Source of the DNA: Mobula hypostoma
Taxonomy: Eukaryota
Length of the DNA: 64,000 nucleotides
Assembly (NCBI RefSeq): GCF_963921235.1
Contig: NC_086101.1
Location: 16,120,001 to 16,184,000 of the forward strand
Reading direction: 5' to 3'
In this document: positions 1-12,810 of the stretch, piece after piece
Layout: each line of letters starts with the position of its first letter
Numbering within the stretch: the stretch's first letter is position 1
Made by a program: the position numbers and the translations under genes
Notes under the pieces: model-generated
Databases searched by the model: none
What the model saw: the letters and a program-made list of their open reading frames with translations, nothing else
What the model was told of the DNA's origin: nothing

Positions 1-3000
1 TCAGGCGAAGCAATAATCATCGGGGACTTGATAGTTAGGGTGACAGATAGGAGACTCTGTATCAGCAAAAGAGACACCAGGATGGTGTGTTGTTTTCCGG
101 TTGCTAGGGTCCTGGATGTCTCTGAGTGGTTGCAGAATATTCTTAAAGGGGAAGGTTAGAAACCAGAGGGCTGGTTCCATTGTACTGGTACCAATGACAT
201 AGGCGGGAGAGTGGTAGAGTTCCTGTGCAATAAGATTAAGAAGTTAGGAAGGGGGCTGAAGAGCAGGACTTCCAACGTCCTCTGGATTTCTCCCTGTGCC
301 ACGAGCTGGGGAGGGCCAGGAAGACAGTGCAGAAGAATGAATGGCTGAGGATATGGTGCAGTGAGTAGAGTTTCAAGTTCTTAGATCATTGGAATCTTTC
401 TGGGGAACCTGTACAAGTGGGATGGCCTGCATCTGAACTGGAGGGGAACCAATATCTTGGGAGGAAAGTTTGCATGTGCTGTTGGGGTGGGTTTAAACGG
501 GATTTGCAGGGGGGTGGGAACCAAAGTGAAAAGGCAGCGGATGGGGCAGTTGGTCAATAAGTCAAGACAGCTTGCAGGGTGTTTCTGCGGAAGGACAGGC
601 AGATGATAGAGCAAAGATGCACTCAGCCAGATGGTTTGAGATGTGCCTATTTTAATGGAAGGAATATCATAAATAAGGTGGATAAACTTCGGGAGTGAAT
701 TAATACATGGAACTATGACATTGTGGGCATTACAGAGACTTGGCTATCTCAGTGGCAGGAATGGCTGCTGAGAGCGTCGGGCTTTAGATGATTCAAAATG
801 AACAGGGACAGAGGCAAAAGAGGTGGGAATGCGACATTACTAATCAGAGATAGTGTCACGGCTGCAGTAAAGGAGGAAGTCTTGGAGGGATTCTCCACAC
901 AGTCAGTGTGGGGGAAGTCAGAAACAGAAAGAGGGCAATAACTCTACTGGGTGCTTTAGTAGGCCCTTCCTCAGTAGTAACAGAGACATCGCGGAGCAGA
1001 CAGGGAGGCAGATTCTGTAATGGTGCAATAATAATAATGTTGCTGTGTGGGTGATTTTAACTTTCCTAACATTGACTGGCATCTCCTTAGAGCAAGGGGT
1101 TTGGATGGGGTAGAGTTTGTTTGGTGTGTTCAGGAAGGTTTCCTGATGCAATATGTAGATGCATCAACCAGAGGAGAGGCTATACTTCATCTGGTATTGG
1201 GAAATGTACCTGGTCAGGTGTCAGATCTCTCGGTAGGAGAGTATTTTGGAGGTAATGATCACAAATCTATCTCCTTTACCATAGCACTGGAGAGGGATAG
1301 GAGCACACAATTTGGGGAAACACTGAATTGAGATGGAAACACTGAATTGAGATAAGGGGAGATATGATTCTATTAGGCAGGAGCTTGGGAGCAGATGTTT
1401 TCAGGGAAGTGCATGGCAGGAATGTGGCAAATGTTCAGGGAAAATTTGCATGGCATTCTGCATAGCTATGTTCCATTGAGGCAGGGAAAGGATGGTGGGG
1501 TTAAAGAACCATGGTGTACAAAGGAAAATTAGATAAGAAAAGAAAGGTTTACAAAAGGTTCGAGAAACAGGGTACTGTTAAAGCTCTAGAAAATTACAAG
1601 GTTGCTAGGAAGGAGCTTAAGAATGAAATTAAGAGAGCTCGAAGGAGCCATGAGAAGGCCTTAGCGAGAAGGATTAAGGAAAACCCCAAGGCATTTTACA
1701 AGTATGTGAAGAGCAGGAGGATGAGCCATGTGGGAATAGGACCAATCAGGTGCGATAGTGGAAACCTAAGCATGGAGTCGGAGGCGGAAGCAGAGGTACT
1801 TAATGAAAACTTTGCTTCAGTATTCACCAGTGGAAGAACCTTGACAATCGTAGGGATGACTTACAGCAGACTGAACTGCTTGAGCATTTAGGCATTAAGG
1901 AAGAGGATGTGTTGGAGCTTCTGTAAAGTATTAAGTTAGATAAGTCGCCGAAACCAGACGAAATATACCCCAGGCTACTGTGGACAGTAAGGAAGGAGAT
2001 TGCTGAGCCTCTGGTGATGATCTTTGCATCACTAATAGGAATGGGAGAAGCACTAGAGGATTAGAGGGTTGCAAATGTTGTTCTCCTGTTCAAGAAAGTG
2101 AGTAGAGATAACACAGGAAATTATAGACTGGTGAGTCTTACTTCAGCAGTGGGCAAGTTGTTGGAGAAGATTCCGAGAAACAGGATTTATGAGCATTTGG
2201 AGAGACAATCTGATTAGGGATAGTCAGCATGGCTTTGTCAAGGGCAGGTCATGCCTTACATGCGTGATCGAACTCTTCGTGGATGTAACAAAATACATTG
2301 ATGACGGGAGAGTAGTGGATGTACTGTATATGGATTTCAGTAAGGCATTTGATAAGGTTCCCCGTGCAAGGCTCATTCAGAAAGTAAGAAGATATGGGAT
2401 CCAAGGAGACTTTGCATTGAGGGTTGAGAATTGGCTTGCCCACAGAAGGTAAAAGCTGTAGATGGTTTGTATTCTACATGGAGGTCAATGATGTGGTGTT
2501 CTGCAGGGATCTGTTCTGGGACCCCCCCCCCCACCTTTGAGATTTTTATAAATGACCTGAATGAGTAAGTAGAAATGTGGGTTAGTAAGTTGCTGATGAC
2601 ACAAAAGTTGGAGGTGTTGTGGATAGTCTGGAGGGTTGTCAGAGATTACAGCGGGACATCGATAGGATACCGAACTGGCTGTGAAATGGCAGATGGATTT
2701 CAACCCAGATAAGTGTGAAGTGGTTCATCTTAGTAGGTTAAATTTGAAGACAGAATGTAAAATTAATGGTAAGACTCTTGGCAGTATGCTGGATCACAGA
2801 GATCCAAAGGACACTCAAAGCTGCTGCGCAGGTTGATGGTGTTGTTAAGAAGGTGTATGGTGTGATGACCTTCATCAACCGTGGGATTGAGTTCAAAAGT
2901 GTGAGGTAATGTTACAACTACAGTATATAAGACATTGGTCAGACCCCACTTGGGAGACTGTGCTCAGTTCTGGTCACCTCACTACGGGAAGTATGTGGAT

Positions 3001-3398
3001 ACTATATAGAGACTGCAGAGGAGATTTACAAGGATGTTGTCTGGATTGGATTGTGCACCTTATGAGAATAGGTTGAGTGAACGTGACCTTTTCTCCTTGG
3101 AGCGACGGAGGATGAGAGGTGACCTGATAGAGGTGTATAAGATGATGAGAAGCATTGATAGTGTGGATAGTCAGAGGCTTTTTTCCCCAGGGCTGAAATG
3201 GCTATCATGAGAGGCGCTTGGAAGTAGGTACTGAGGGTTGTCAGAGCTAAGTTTCTTACACAGAGAGTGGTGGGTATATGGAATGCACTACCAGTGATGG
3301 TGATAAATGCAGATACAATGGGGTCTTTTAAGGGACTCTTAGATAGATACAGGGAGCTTAGAAAAATAGAGGGCTATGTTCTATGTTCTATGTTCTAG
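1..3398 (+). mobile_element. Degenerate CR1 LINE (end of ORF1 esterase, broken ORF2 endonuclease/RT, 3' microsatellite tail)
   Basis: Fragments ...DGLHLN...VGLN, MGDFNFPNIDW, QHGFVKGRSCLT, YMDFSKAFDKV with stops and frameshifts; (CTATGTT)n tail at about 3373-3397. Boundaries approximate. Confidence 0.9.
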
Positions 3399-3399
3399 G

Positions 3400-3790
3400 T
3401 CTCTGTTCAGTTTCTGCCTCTCCAGAGAAAACAGCACACGTTTGTCCAACCTTTCCTTAAAGCACCTGCCGTCTAATTCAGTCAGAATTCTGGAAGCCCT
3501 CTTCTGCACCTTCTCCAAAATCTCATCATCCTTCCAATATGGAATGATGAGAACTGCATGCAATGCACCACATGGAAACTAAATAATTATATAAAGCTAC
3601 ACTGTAACTTCCAAACTCGAACTCATTTTTTAAATAATAAAGGCAAATTTGCCATGTACCTTCTTTTCCTCCCTATCAACCAATGTGGCCACTATCAGAG
3701 AGCTTTGGACTTGGAACCCGAAGATCCTTCTGCTCATCAACACTGTTAAGGGTTTTGCCACTAACAGCATGCACGAATGTATGCATCTGA
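3400..3790 (-). mobile_element. Old CR1 3' relic, paralogous to 14430-14775 (part of the duplicated NCR3-like unit)
   Basis: SGKTLNSVDEQKDL and LEKVQKRASRIL-type CR1 ORF2 C-terminal peptides; clearly alignable with 14430-14775. Confidence 0.7.
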
Positions 3791-3803
3791 ATAATTTTAG
3801 TGT

Positions 3804-3850
3804 TTAAAAGGGAACTGGGAAGCAATTGACTGGGAAGCGTTTGCGAGGCT
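3804..3850 (-). pseudogene. NCR3-like copy B, putative terminal coding exon (KPRKRFPVNCFPVPF*)
   Basis: Acceptor cttttcttcag|AG, phase 1 matching the V-exon donor; stop TAA at the same position as in the paralogous exon at 14796-14842. Confidence 0.55.
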
Positions 3851-4878
3851 CTGAAGAAAAGCTGGAGAGTGGAATTGCTGTTGCATGGACTTAGCACAGA
3901 CAGAATGAGGCCAATGTCCCCTTTTGAAAGGTCAGCTCTCAATCTCCCTCCCTAGATTCTGCCTGACTTACAAGTTCCTCCAGCATTGTGTTTCGTTCAT
4001 TCCAGATTCCGGCATCTGCAGCCTCTTTGGATTTGGTATTGGTTTATTATTGTCCCATAATCTGAGGTACAGTGAAAAACTTGTCTTGCATACTGTTCAT
4101 TGAGATCCAATCATTACATGACACAATGAGGTAGCACTAGGTAAAACAATAGCAGAATGAAGTGTAACAGCTACACAGAAAAGGCAGAGCAGGAAGACAA
4201 TAAGATGCAATGTCACGACAAGGTAAATTGTGAGGTCAAGATCGTATCAGGGAACCACTTAATAGTCTCATAACAGTGGGATAGAAGCTGTCCTTGTGCC
4301 TGGTGGTGTGTGCTCTCAGGCTTTTGTATCTTCTGCCCAATGGGAAAGAGGAAAGGAGAGAATGTCCTGGGTGGGTGGGGTCTTTGATTATGTTGGCAGC
4401 TTTACTGAGGCTGCAAGAAGTCAGCAGACAGGGTCCTTGGAGGGGAGATTTGATTTGTGACCTCATCCCCCCCACCTCCTTTTTTCAGTGCTGAGTCTTG
4501 TTTCTTATTCTTCTGCTGATGAAATTCTAACAATGGAAATTAAAAGCCTGCAGATGTTGGAAATCTGAGGTTAAAATTGGAAATACTCAGCATGGGAGGC
4601 AGCATCTGCAGGAAGTGAAACAGAGTTAATGCTTGAAGTGGAAGATCTTTCCTCAGAACTGGGCAAAAAAAGTTGTTTACAAGATTCTTCATTTTTCTTT
4701 TTTACCCTCTTTCCCTGCTCTGAGGATGGGTCGCTGACCTAAACATTGAACTGCTTCTCTCACTGCAGTGGCTGACTGATCTTCTGAGTGTTTCCATCAT
4801 TTTCCAGCCTTGACCAGATTGTGTTTGGGTGGTGGGTCTGATTCGCACGAACAAGCAGATACTTGAAGGCTGCCTTAC

Positions 4879-6200
4879 TTCTCACCGTGAGAAACATCCC
4901 CGCCCCATATATTTCCCATTCCATTGTCTTCAACTTACATAAGTAAGGCTCCTTTTCATTGACTACAGCTCTGCCTTTAATACCATCATTCCAAATAAAC
5001 TGATTCCTAAGCTCCGGAACCTGGGCCTTAGCACTCAGATCTGCAGCTGGATCTTCAACTTCCTCACAGACAGGACCCAGGCTGTAAAAATAGGGGACAA
5101 GCTCTCCTCTACAATCACTCTGAGCACCGGTGCCCCACAAGACTGTGCACTCAGCCCCCTGGCTGTACTCACTGTACACCCATGATTGTGTAGCCAAGTT
5201 TCCATCGAACTCAATATATAAGTTTGCTGATGACACAACAATTGTAGGTCGTATCTCAGGTAATGATGACTTTGAGTACAGAGAGGAAATTAAGAACATG
5301 GTGGCATGGTGCGAAGACAATAACCTATCCCTCAATGTCAGCAAGATGAAGGAATTGGTTGTTGACTTCAGAAGGAGTAGCGGACCACACGACCCCATTT
5401 ACATCGGTGGTACGCAAGTGGAACAGGTCAAAAGCTTTAAGTTCCTCGGGGTCAATATCACAAATGACCTGACTTGGTCCAACCAAGCAGAGTCCACTGC
5501 CAAGAAGTCCCATCAGCGCCTTTACTCCCTGAGGAAGCTAAGGAAATTTGGCCTGTCCCCTAAAACCCTCACTCATTTTTATAGATGCAATGTAGAAAGC
5601 ATTCTTCTGGGGTGCATCACAACCTGGTATGGAGCTTGAAGACTTGTACGGCCAGATTTGGGAACAGCTTCTTTCCAACTGTGATAAGACTGCTGAACAG
5701 ATCCTGACCCAGATCTGGGCCGTACCCTCCAAATATCTGGACCTGCCTCTCGTTTTTTTTGCAGTACCTTACTTTCACTTTTCTATTTATGATTTATAAT
5801 TTAAATTTTTAATATTTACTATCGATTTGTACTCCAGGGAGCACAAAGAGCAGAATCAAATATCGCTGTGATGATTGTACGCTCTGGTACCAATTGTTTG
5901 GCGACAATAAAGAATAAAGTATAAAGTACATCCCAGAATCACTCAGCCGCACGTACTTCAGTCGCATGAAAACATTGTTCATGTTAAGGGAGGGATCAAA
6001 CTCTTCAGGTCTGAAGAAGCGGCCCCTGTACTTCTCAGTTTCATCGGTCATTTCTATTCCATTTTGGGCATCCTTGACCCAATGGTACAACCATATCTTA
6101 CTCATGGAATTATGCCTGCATGGAATAACCACTGTCTCCCCTTCTGTGGCAACAATGCTGAACTTGTCCTGAATGACCACAGACTTCTCAGCACCAATGC
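4879..6200 (-). pseudogene. NCR3-like copy B VJ-type Ig exon, interrupted by a LINE (5' part 5929-6200, 3' part 4879-4945)
   Basis: Removing 4946-5928 restores a 339-nt open exon (acceptor taag|GC, donor AGAA|GTAAG): ...IPCRHNSMSKIWLYHWVK...[26 protein letters not shown], about 70% identical to copy A. No leader exon found. Confidence 0.88.
4946..5923 (+). mobile_element. 5'-truncated, internally deleted Rex1/Babar (L2-group) LINE inserted in the V exon
   Basis: RT motifs [22 protein letters not shown]; 3' tail aataaagaataaagtataaagta; AAGTA duplicated at 4941-4945 and 5924-5928. Confidence 0.88.
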
Positions 6201-6239
6201 CTTAAAGCAGGGAACAAACTTTAAAATGGGTAAATTTTT

Positions 6240-6765
6240 TTTTAGATTAGATTATGAGGACACTCAGTCCTCGCTTATTGTCATTTAGAAATGCATGCAT
6301 TAAGAAATGATACAATGTTCCTCCAGAGTGATATCACAAAAAAAAAACAGGATAAACCAAAGACCAACACTGACAAGACCACATAATTATAACATATAGT
6401 TACAGCAGTGCAAAGCAATACCATAATTTGATAAAGAGCAGACCATGGGCATGGTTAAAAAAAACTCTCAAAGTTCCGATCGACACCTGATAGTCCTGAT
6501 AGCAGGTGGCAAAAGGGAGAAACTCTCCCTGCCATAAACCTTCAGGCGCCAACAACTGCCGATGCATTGGAAGCACCCGACCACCGCTGACTCTGAGTCC
6601 GTCCGAAAACTTCGAGCCTCCGACCAGCCCTCCGACACCGAGCAACATCTCTGCCAAGCACTTCGACTCCGCCTAGCTGCCGAGCAACAAGCAAAGCCAA
6701 GGACTCGGGGCCTTCTCCTCTGGAGATTCTGGATCACACAGTAGCAGCGGCAGTGACGAAGGCAT
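6240..6765 (-). mobile_element. LINE 3'-UTR-derived insertion specific to copy B intron 1
   Basis: Begins with a (TTAGA)n tail on the + strand; absent from the paralogous copy A intron (about 24000-24060). Confidence 0.55.
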
Positions 6766-6944
6766 TGTTTAGTATTGTCACATGTACTGAGGTACAGTGA
6801 AAAACTACGTTTTATCTGCCATCCATACAGATCATTTCATCACATCAATTCAATCAGTTAGTGCAAAGGAGGAACAATAACAGAATGGGGAATGAAGTGT
6901 TACAGTTACAGAGAAAGTGCAATTCAGGCAGAGAATAACATGCA

Positions 6945-9900
6945 AAGTAGATTGTGTTGTACTTGAATATACACAGCATAAGGAATAAAATGGACGATCT
7001 TGAAATTCAGCTCAACATTAGCAAATATGACGTTGCGGCCATCACTGAAACTTGGCTAAAGGATGGCTGTCATTGGGAGCTTAACGTCCAAGGATGTACG
7101 GTATATTGGAAAGATAGGTTAGTAGGCAGAGGGGGTGGTGTGGCTCTGTGTATAAGAAATATTATTAAATCATTGGAAAGAGATGACATAGATTGCAAGG
7201 TGTAGAGTAGTGGTTGCCAACTGGTTGATTGCAATCAACCGGTCGATCTTTGAGACTTTCCCAGTAGTTCCCAAAAAAATGAAAAATAAATAAATACACA
7301 AATACTGTTGTAATGTGAACATTATAAAAATAAGTAATACTAATTAGGATAATGGTAATATAGCAATACTCCAGCTACTGAAAGCTGTTTGTAAAGAGAG
7401 ACTGTTTCCGGGTTGCAGGGTTTTAGTTCCGTTCTTTCTGCCCAGTGTGCATATCTCCCCCACCATACACCGCAGTAGAAAAGACCGGAAGTAAAACCCC
7501 ACAACCCGGAAGCAACCTCTCTTTACAAACAGCTTTCCGTAGCCGCGTAGTGGGAGTATTGCTATATTACCATTATCCTAATTTGTATTAACTTATCTTT
7601 ATAATGTTCACATTACTCACTTCTCCCCCTTTAAATTCCAACAGTCCCCAAATGTAAATAACTGGGAAACAAAAAACAGTGGTGTCATTATCTTGTGTAC
7701 CTCTGAAACATACTAGTGTCTCAGTAACAGCTTACCAATACAAAACAACTGAAAAATTTGGCAGATTCAACATTCAGTGTGTCCATTCAGATATTCAGTC
7801 TGTCAGTAGGTTTGCGAGGGTACTGTGCTGCAACAGATGAAAATTATGAAATCTAAGTACAGGAGCTGTCTTACTGACAGACACCTCACATATTGTCTCA
7901 GACTGGCTGTATGTAGATATGAGCCAAATTTCAGGGAACTAGCAGAAAGTATATTCAGCCCCAGTCATCACACTGAGTGCAACAATTTTTATTCACTTAT
8001 TTTTCATGTTCAAATAAAATTAAATAATGAAACATAGAATTAAAGGTGTTGTAATGTGAGCATTATAAAAATAAGTAATAGTAATTAAGATAATGGTAAT
8101 ATAGAAATACTCCCGCTACGGAAAGCCGTTTGTAAAGAGAGATTGTTTCTGGGTTGCGGGGTTTTACTTCCAGGTCTATTCTGCCTGGTGCGCATGCGTG
8201 TGACTAAACGATTTAGTAGGTCGATCTTGCCTTTCACCAAGGCTGAGGTAGGGGATCTTGGGCTTAAAAAGGTTGGCGACAACTAGTGTAGAGTGTCAAA
8301 GGGTTGAGTTAAGAAACAGCAAGGGTGAAAGGACCCTAATGGCAATTGTATACAGGCCTCCAAACAGCAGCCGGGATGTGGATTACAGATTACAGCAGGA
8401 GATACAAAAGACATGTCAAAAGGGCAATATCATGATAATTACTGGGAATTTTAACATGAAAGTGGATTGGGAAAACCAGGTCAGTACTGGACCTCAAGAG
8501 AGAGAATTTGTAGAACGTCTATGGGATGGCTTTTCAGAACAACTTGGTGTTGAGCCCACTAGGAGATTGGCTATGCTGGATTGGATGTTGAGCAATGATC
8601 CGGAGGTGATAAGAGAGCTTAAGGTTAAAGAACCCTTAGGGCACAGTGATAACAGTATGATCGAGTTCACATTTAAATTTGACAGGGAAAAAATAAAATC
8701 CAATTTGTCGGTATTTCAGTGGAATAAAGGAATTTACAATGGCATGAGAGGGGAGCAGGCCAAAGTTGACTGGAAAGGGACATTTGCAGGAAAGACAGCA
8801 GAGCAGCAATGGCCGGAGTTTCTGCAAAAAATGAGGGAAGTGCAAGAGAGATATATTCCAAAGAAGAGGAAATTTTCAAGGAGAAGAAGGACACTACTGT
8901 GGCCGACAAGTGAAGTCACAGCCAAAGTAAAAGCAAAAGAGAGTATTCAAGGAAGCCAGAGCTACTGGAAAGACAGAGGATTGGAGAGCTTTCAAATACT
9001 TTCAGAAGGAAACTAAGAAGGTCATTTGGAAGGAGAAGATGAATAAGAGGAAACTGGTGACTAATATCAAAGATGATACTAAAAGCTTTTTTAAGTATAT
9101 GAAGGGTAAAATGGAGTCGAGGGTAGATATAGGACCAATACAAAATGACACTGGAGATATTGTAATGAGAGGTGCACAGATGGCAGAGGAACTGAAGACA
9201 TCCGCAGTATACCAGACATTCAAGAGTGTCAGGGAGATGTGAAGTTTGTGCGGTGAAAATTGCAACTGAGAAGGTGCTCAGGTTCTTAATGGTCTGAGGG
9301 TGGATAAATCTCCTGGACCTGATGGAATGCACCCTTGAGTTCTGAAGGAAATAGCTGGAGAGACTGCAGAGGCATTAACGATCTTTCAGAATCGATAGAT
9401 TCTGGCATTGTACCAGATGACTGGAAAACTGCAAATGTTATTCCGCTATTTAAGAAGGGTGGAAGGCAGCAGAAAGGAAACTATAGACCTGTTAGCTTGA
9501 CATCAGTGGTTGGAAAGTTGTTGGAACAGATTGTTAGGGATGAGATTATGGAGTACCCAAAGGCACATGACAAGATAGGCCAAAGCCAGCATGGTTTCTT
9601 GAAAGGAAAATCCTGCCTGACAAACCTACTGCAATTCTTTGAGGAAATTACAAGCAGGGTAGACAAAGGAGATGTAGTAGACGTGGTCTACTTGGATTTT
9701 CAGAAGGCCCTTGACAAGGTGCCACACATGAGACTGCTTAGCAAGATGAGAGCCCATGAAATCACAGGGAAGTTACTAGACTGGATGGAGCATTGGCTGG
9801 TCGGCAGAAAACAAGAGAGTGGGAATAAAGGGATCTTATTCTGACTGGCTGCTGGTTACCAGTGGAGTTCCACAGGGGTCAGTGTTGGGACCACTGCTTT

Positions 9901-10860
9901 TTATGATTTATGTCAATGATTTGGACTACTGCATTAATGGTTTGTAGCTAAATTTGCCAATGATACAAAGATAGGCGTAGGAGCGGTCGTGTTGTGAAAA
10001 CAGACAGCCTACAGAGAGGCTTAGATAGTTTAGAGGCAAATGAAATACAATGTGGGAAAGTGTATGGTCATGCACTTTGGTGGAAGAAATAAATGGGCAG
10101 GCTATTATTTAGATGGGGAGAGAATTCAAAATGCTGAGCTGCAAAGGGACTTAGAAGTCCTTGTGCAAGGTACCCTAAAGGTTAACCTCCAGGTTGAGTC
10201 AGTGGTGAAGAAGGCGAATACAATGTTGGCATTCATTTCTAGAGGTATAGAATATAAGAGCAGGAATGTAATGTTGAGGCTCTATAAGGCACTCGTTAGA
10301 CCACACTTGGAGTATTGTGTGCAATTTTGGGCTCCTTATTTTAGAAAGGATATACTGACATTGGAAAGGGTTCAGAGAAGATTCACGAGAATGATTCCAG
10401 GAATGAAAGGGTTACCATACGAAGAACGTCTGACAGCTCTTGGGCTGTATTCTCTGGAGTTCGGAGAATGATGGGGGATCTCATAGAAACATTCCGAATG
10501 CTAAAAGGCCTGAACAGATTAGATAGGGCAAAGTTATTTCCCATGGCAGGGGATCCTAGGACAAGAGGGCAAGACTTCAGGTTTGAAGGATGTCCTTTTA
10601 GAACTGAGATGTGGAGAAATTACTTTAGTCAGAGGGTGGTAGATCTGTGGAATTTGTTTCCACGAGCAACTGTGAAGGCCACGTTATTGGGTGTATTTAA
10701 AGCAGAGATAGACAGTTTCTTGATTAGCTAGGGCATCAAAGGGTATGGGGAGAAAGCAGAGGAATGGGGATGACTGTGACAATTGGATCAGCCCATGATA
10801 GAATGGTGGAGCAGACTCGATGAGCCGAATAACCTACTTCTGCTCCTATATCTTGTGGTC
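6945..10860 (+). mobile_element. 5'-truncated CR1 LINE ORF2 (frameshifted), interrupted by a hAT element
   Basis: YLNIHSIRNK..ITETWL, GNFNM, YRPVSLTS, QHGFLKGKSCLTNL, YLDFQKALDKV, RPHLEYCVQFW. Confidence 0.92.
7208..8285 (+). mobile_element. Non-autonomous hAT (Charlie/Buster-type) DNA transposon
   Basis: 8-bp TSD GTGTAGAG (7200-7207 and 8286-8293); TIRs TAGTGGTTGCCAAC / GTTGGCGACAACTA (12 of 14 match); transposase C-terminal remnant KIMKSKYRSCLTDRHLTYCLRL; the flanking CR1 endonuclease rejoins when it is removed. Confidence 0.9.
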
Positions 10861-11592
10861 TTAAGTCCAGAATCCATCTGATGATACTAAGGGACCGTTA
10901 TGTCTTATTACAGCGGAATCAAATTCTAGAAAAGTGGGGTATGATGGCTGGGAGTATGAGGGTGTAGCTCATTGAAAGCAGCATATTGAAGAAGATTTTT
11001 TAGCATGCTGACCATCATTCAGGGCTTTGAGGATACGAGTCAGGAACTTATGTTTCAGTTGAAGTTGATGGCGAGACTGCACTTGGAATATTTTGTCGAG
11101 AATTGGCCACTTTGTTATAGATGTTTATAATTAGAAAGCGTGCAAAAAAAAAATTATCTGGACGTCATCTTAATTTCGGGGCCCGAGTTGCAAGGAGTGG
11201 TTGCACTGTCCAGGATTTTACTCTCCGGAATGTAGAAGAGCTCATTAGGAGTTTGAGAAAATTTGTTTTGTCACCAAAACACTTGAAAATTTCTACAGAC
11301 GTACTGTGGAAAGCATTCTGAAAGGCTGCACCACTGTCTGGTATGGGGGGGGGCATGTGGAGTGGGTGGCTATTGCACAGGATTGAAAGGAGTTACAGAA
11401 AGATGTAAAATTAGTCAGCTCCATCTAGGGCACCAGCCTCCACAATATCCAAGACATCTTCAAGGAGTGGTGTCTCAGAAAGGCAGTGTCCATCATTAAG
11501 GACCCCAATCACCCAAGACATGCCCTCTTCTCATTGTTACCACTGGGAAGGAGGCGGAGTGCAGTTCCAATTTTTTAGTTGCCGGAGCTGTA

Positions 11593-11793
11593 CGAGGGGT
11601 GATTGATAAGTTCGTGGCCTAGGGTTATACAGCTCTCTTACATACATGTGCAGTTCAACTCTTTGAGTGATTATGCAGAAAGTTTGAAGTTAATAACTTT
11701 TGTGGTATTTCTGTTTCAGATAACTGAAAATTGCTAGGTTTTCTAAAATTGACTCCTTCCACCTTAGGCCACAAAATTATCAATCACCCCTCG
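11593..11793. mobile_element. Mariner-type MITE
   Basis: About 30-bp TIRs CGAGGGGTGATTGATAA...; TA on both sides (11591-92, 11794-95). Confidence 0.85.
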
Positions 11794-11795
11794 TA

Positions 11796-11889
11796 TGTCA
11801 CACCCAATTTGTGTACCTGCTGATTTCACATACTGGGCAACTTCCTTGCCCATTCATGCAATGAGCAGGTACACAAATTGGGTGTGGCA
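11796..11889. mobile_element. Tiny TA-flanked MITE / hairpin
   Basis: 22-bp perfect inverted arms (11800-11821 and 11864-11885), extending to about 28 bp with 1 mismatch. Confidence 0.6.
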
Positions 11890-12279
11890 TATACAGTATA
11901 TGAATAGGGCTTCTTATAATGTCAAGCACTAAACCAAGATGAAAGAAATATATGAATCCCAGAGCTTCACATAAATATAGTGATAGTTAAGACATTAACA
12001 AGATTATAGCCTATCACTACACTTCAGTGTATAACTGGTACAATAAAACATATAATACTTAATTTAATAACATGACAGTATTGCACGGTTGCACTCCCTA
12101 ATTACCATAAAATATAATTATCACAGCTTTTGTCACTTTTAATGTTATCAGTCTTTTGTACGTTATTTTTGTTACACTCAGCTTGTTTACGAAAGAAGTT
12201 AACATTGTTTGTTTAGAAGCCATAGGGTTGCTAGTGAGAAAAATCAACTTTTGTATTAGCGACTAATCCACCGACCACC

Positions 12280-12810
12280 ACAGATAAACAGGAATTCTGC
12301 TGATGCTGGAAATTCAAGCAACACACATCAAAGTTGCTGGTGAACGCAGCAGGGCAAGCAGCATCTATAGAAAGAGGTGCAGTCGACGTTTCAGGCCGAG
12401 ACCCTTCGTCAGGACTAACTGAAGGAAGAGTGAGTAAGGGATTTGAAAGTTGGAGGGGGAGGGGGAGATCCAAAATGATAGGAGAAGACAGGAGGGGGAG
12501 GGATAGAGCCGAGAGCTGGACAGGTGATAGGCAAAAGGGGATACGAGAGGATCATGGGACAGGAGGTCCGGGAAGAAAGACAAGGGGGGGGGTGACCCAG
12601 AGGATGGGCAAGAGGTATATTCAGAGGGACAGAGGGAGAAAAAGGAGAGGGAGAGAAAGAATGTGTGCATAAAAATGAGTAACAGATGGGGTACGAGGGG
12701 GAGGTGGGGCTTTAGCGGAAGTTAGAGAAGTCGATGTTCATGCCATCAGGTTGGAGGCTACCCAGACGGAATATAAGGTGTTGTTCCTCCAACCTGAGTG
12801 TGGCTTCATC
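12280..12810 (-). mobile_element. Penelope-like element 3' fragment (GIY-YIG C-terminus plus terminal repeat)
   Basis: Reverse strand encodes ...LEEQHLIFRLGSLQPDGMNIDFSNFR*; terminal-repeat sequence shared with 33450-33870 and 35650-36120. Confidence 0.8.
12380..12417 (-). ncRNA. Minimal type I hammerhead ribozyme motif in a Penelope terminal repeat
   Basis: UAGUC-CUGACGA-AGGGUCUCGGCCU-GAAAC-GUC-GACUG: intact CUGANGA/GAAA core, stem I AGUC/GACU, stem II AGG/CCU, GUC cleavage triplet, loop-less stem III. Confidence 0.65.
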
